DNA of 44,899 nt from a virus (lineage: Duplodnaviria; Caudoviricetes): IMG/VR virus record IMGVR_UViG_3300022538_000532, positions 1 to 44,899 of that record. One strand, written 5' to 3'. A program made the position numbers and the translations under genes. The notes under the pieces were generated by a model. The model saw only the letters and a program-made list of their open reading frames with translations, did no database searches and was not told the origin of the DNA. Of this stretch, positions 44,507-44,899 are shown in pieces; position 1 is the first letter of the stretch; the number at the start of each line of letters is the position of its first letter.

Positions 44507-44526
44507 AAGAAAAGTCAATAATCAAC
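44507..44526 (+). promoter_or_regulatory. Dispersed 20-bp motif, copy 16
   Basis: AAGAAAAGTCAATAATCAAC, just after a stop codon. Confidence 0.75.
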
Positions 44527-44693
44527 ATATTAAAATAAATAGAAATGACTGGCTTTAATTAAGTTTATAAATTTTGAAGAAAAAGGAATTTAAGAAGGAA
44601 TTTGGTTTTCTTAAAAAGGCTGTATTCGTGATTTCGTGAATTTTGTTTCTAAATTATTGAATTTATTGGGTTTTTTATGGATTCCGTGAAATT

Positions 44694-44899
<206 letters not shown>

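Larger units (their letters stand above)
43834..44576 (+). repeat. 35-bp inverted repeat (43834-43869 / 44542-44576) enclosing a gene
   Basis: One bulge and four substitutions, all giving G-U pairs on the + strand. Confidence 0.85.

Overview
The window looks like a near-complete, AT-rich dsDNA tailed-phage genome with podovirus-like architecture. It was probably a circular assembly opened inside an unresolved poly(dA) tract, since A-runs sit on the + strand at both ends. The + arm (about 42.9 kb, through the junction, to 20.2 kb) carries small early genes, an ATP-dependent ligase, a Cas4/AddB-like nuclease + AAA_24 ATPase + SSB recombination module, a ParB-methyltransferase between two HNH paralogs, a UDG-PolA fusion, a DUF3987-like NTPase, MazG, a ThyX-like protein and an M15 peptidase. 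The - arm (42.4 to 20.2 kb) carries TerS/TerL, a P22-like portal, scaffold, an N4-gp56-like major capsid, tail/virion proteins and a 1500-aa ejection-type protein. No integrase, RNA polymerase, reverse transcriptase or CRISPR array was recognised. The most unusual features are non-coding: (1) the poly(dA) tract sits between an 87-bp imperfect inverted repeat with iteron-like units; (2) three consecutive early genes are each enclosed by a long RNA stem downstream of sigma70 promoters and boxA-like sites, resembling rRNA-operon processing; (3) two tandem tRNA-like RNAs share near-identical acceptor/D/T arms but carry different long inserts in place of an anticodon arm; (4) a 20-bp motif occurs at least 16 times genome-wide, almost always at gene boundaries. 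All protein calls come from motif recognition by eye, not database searches.
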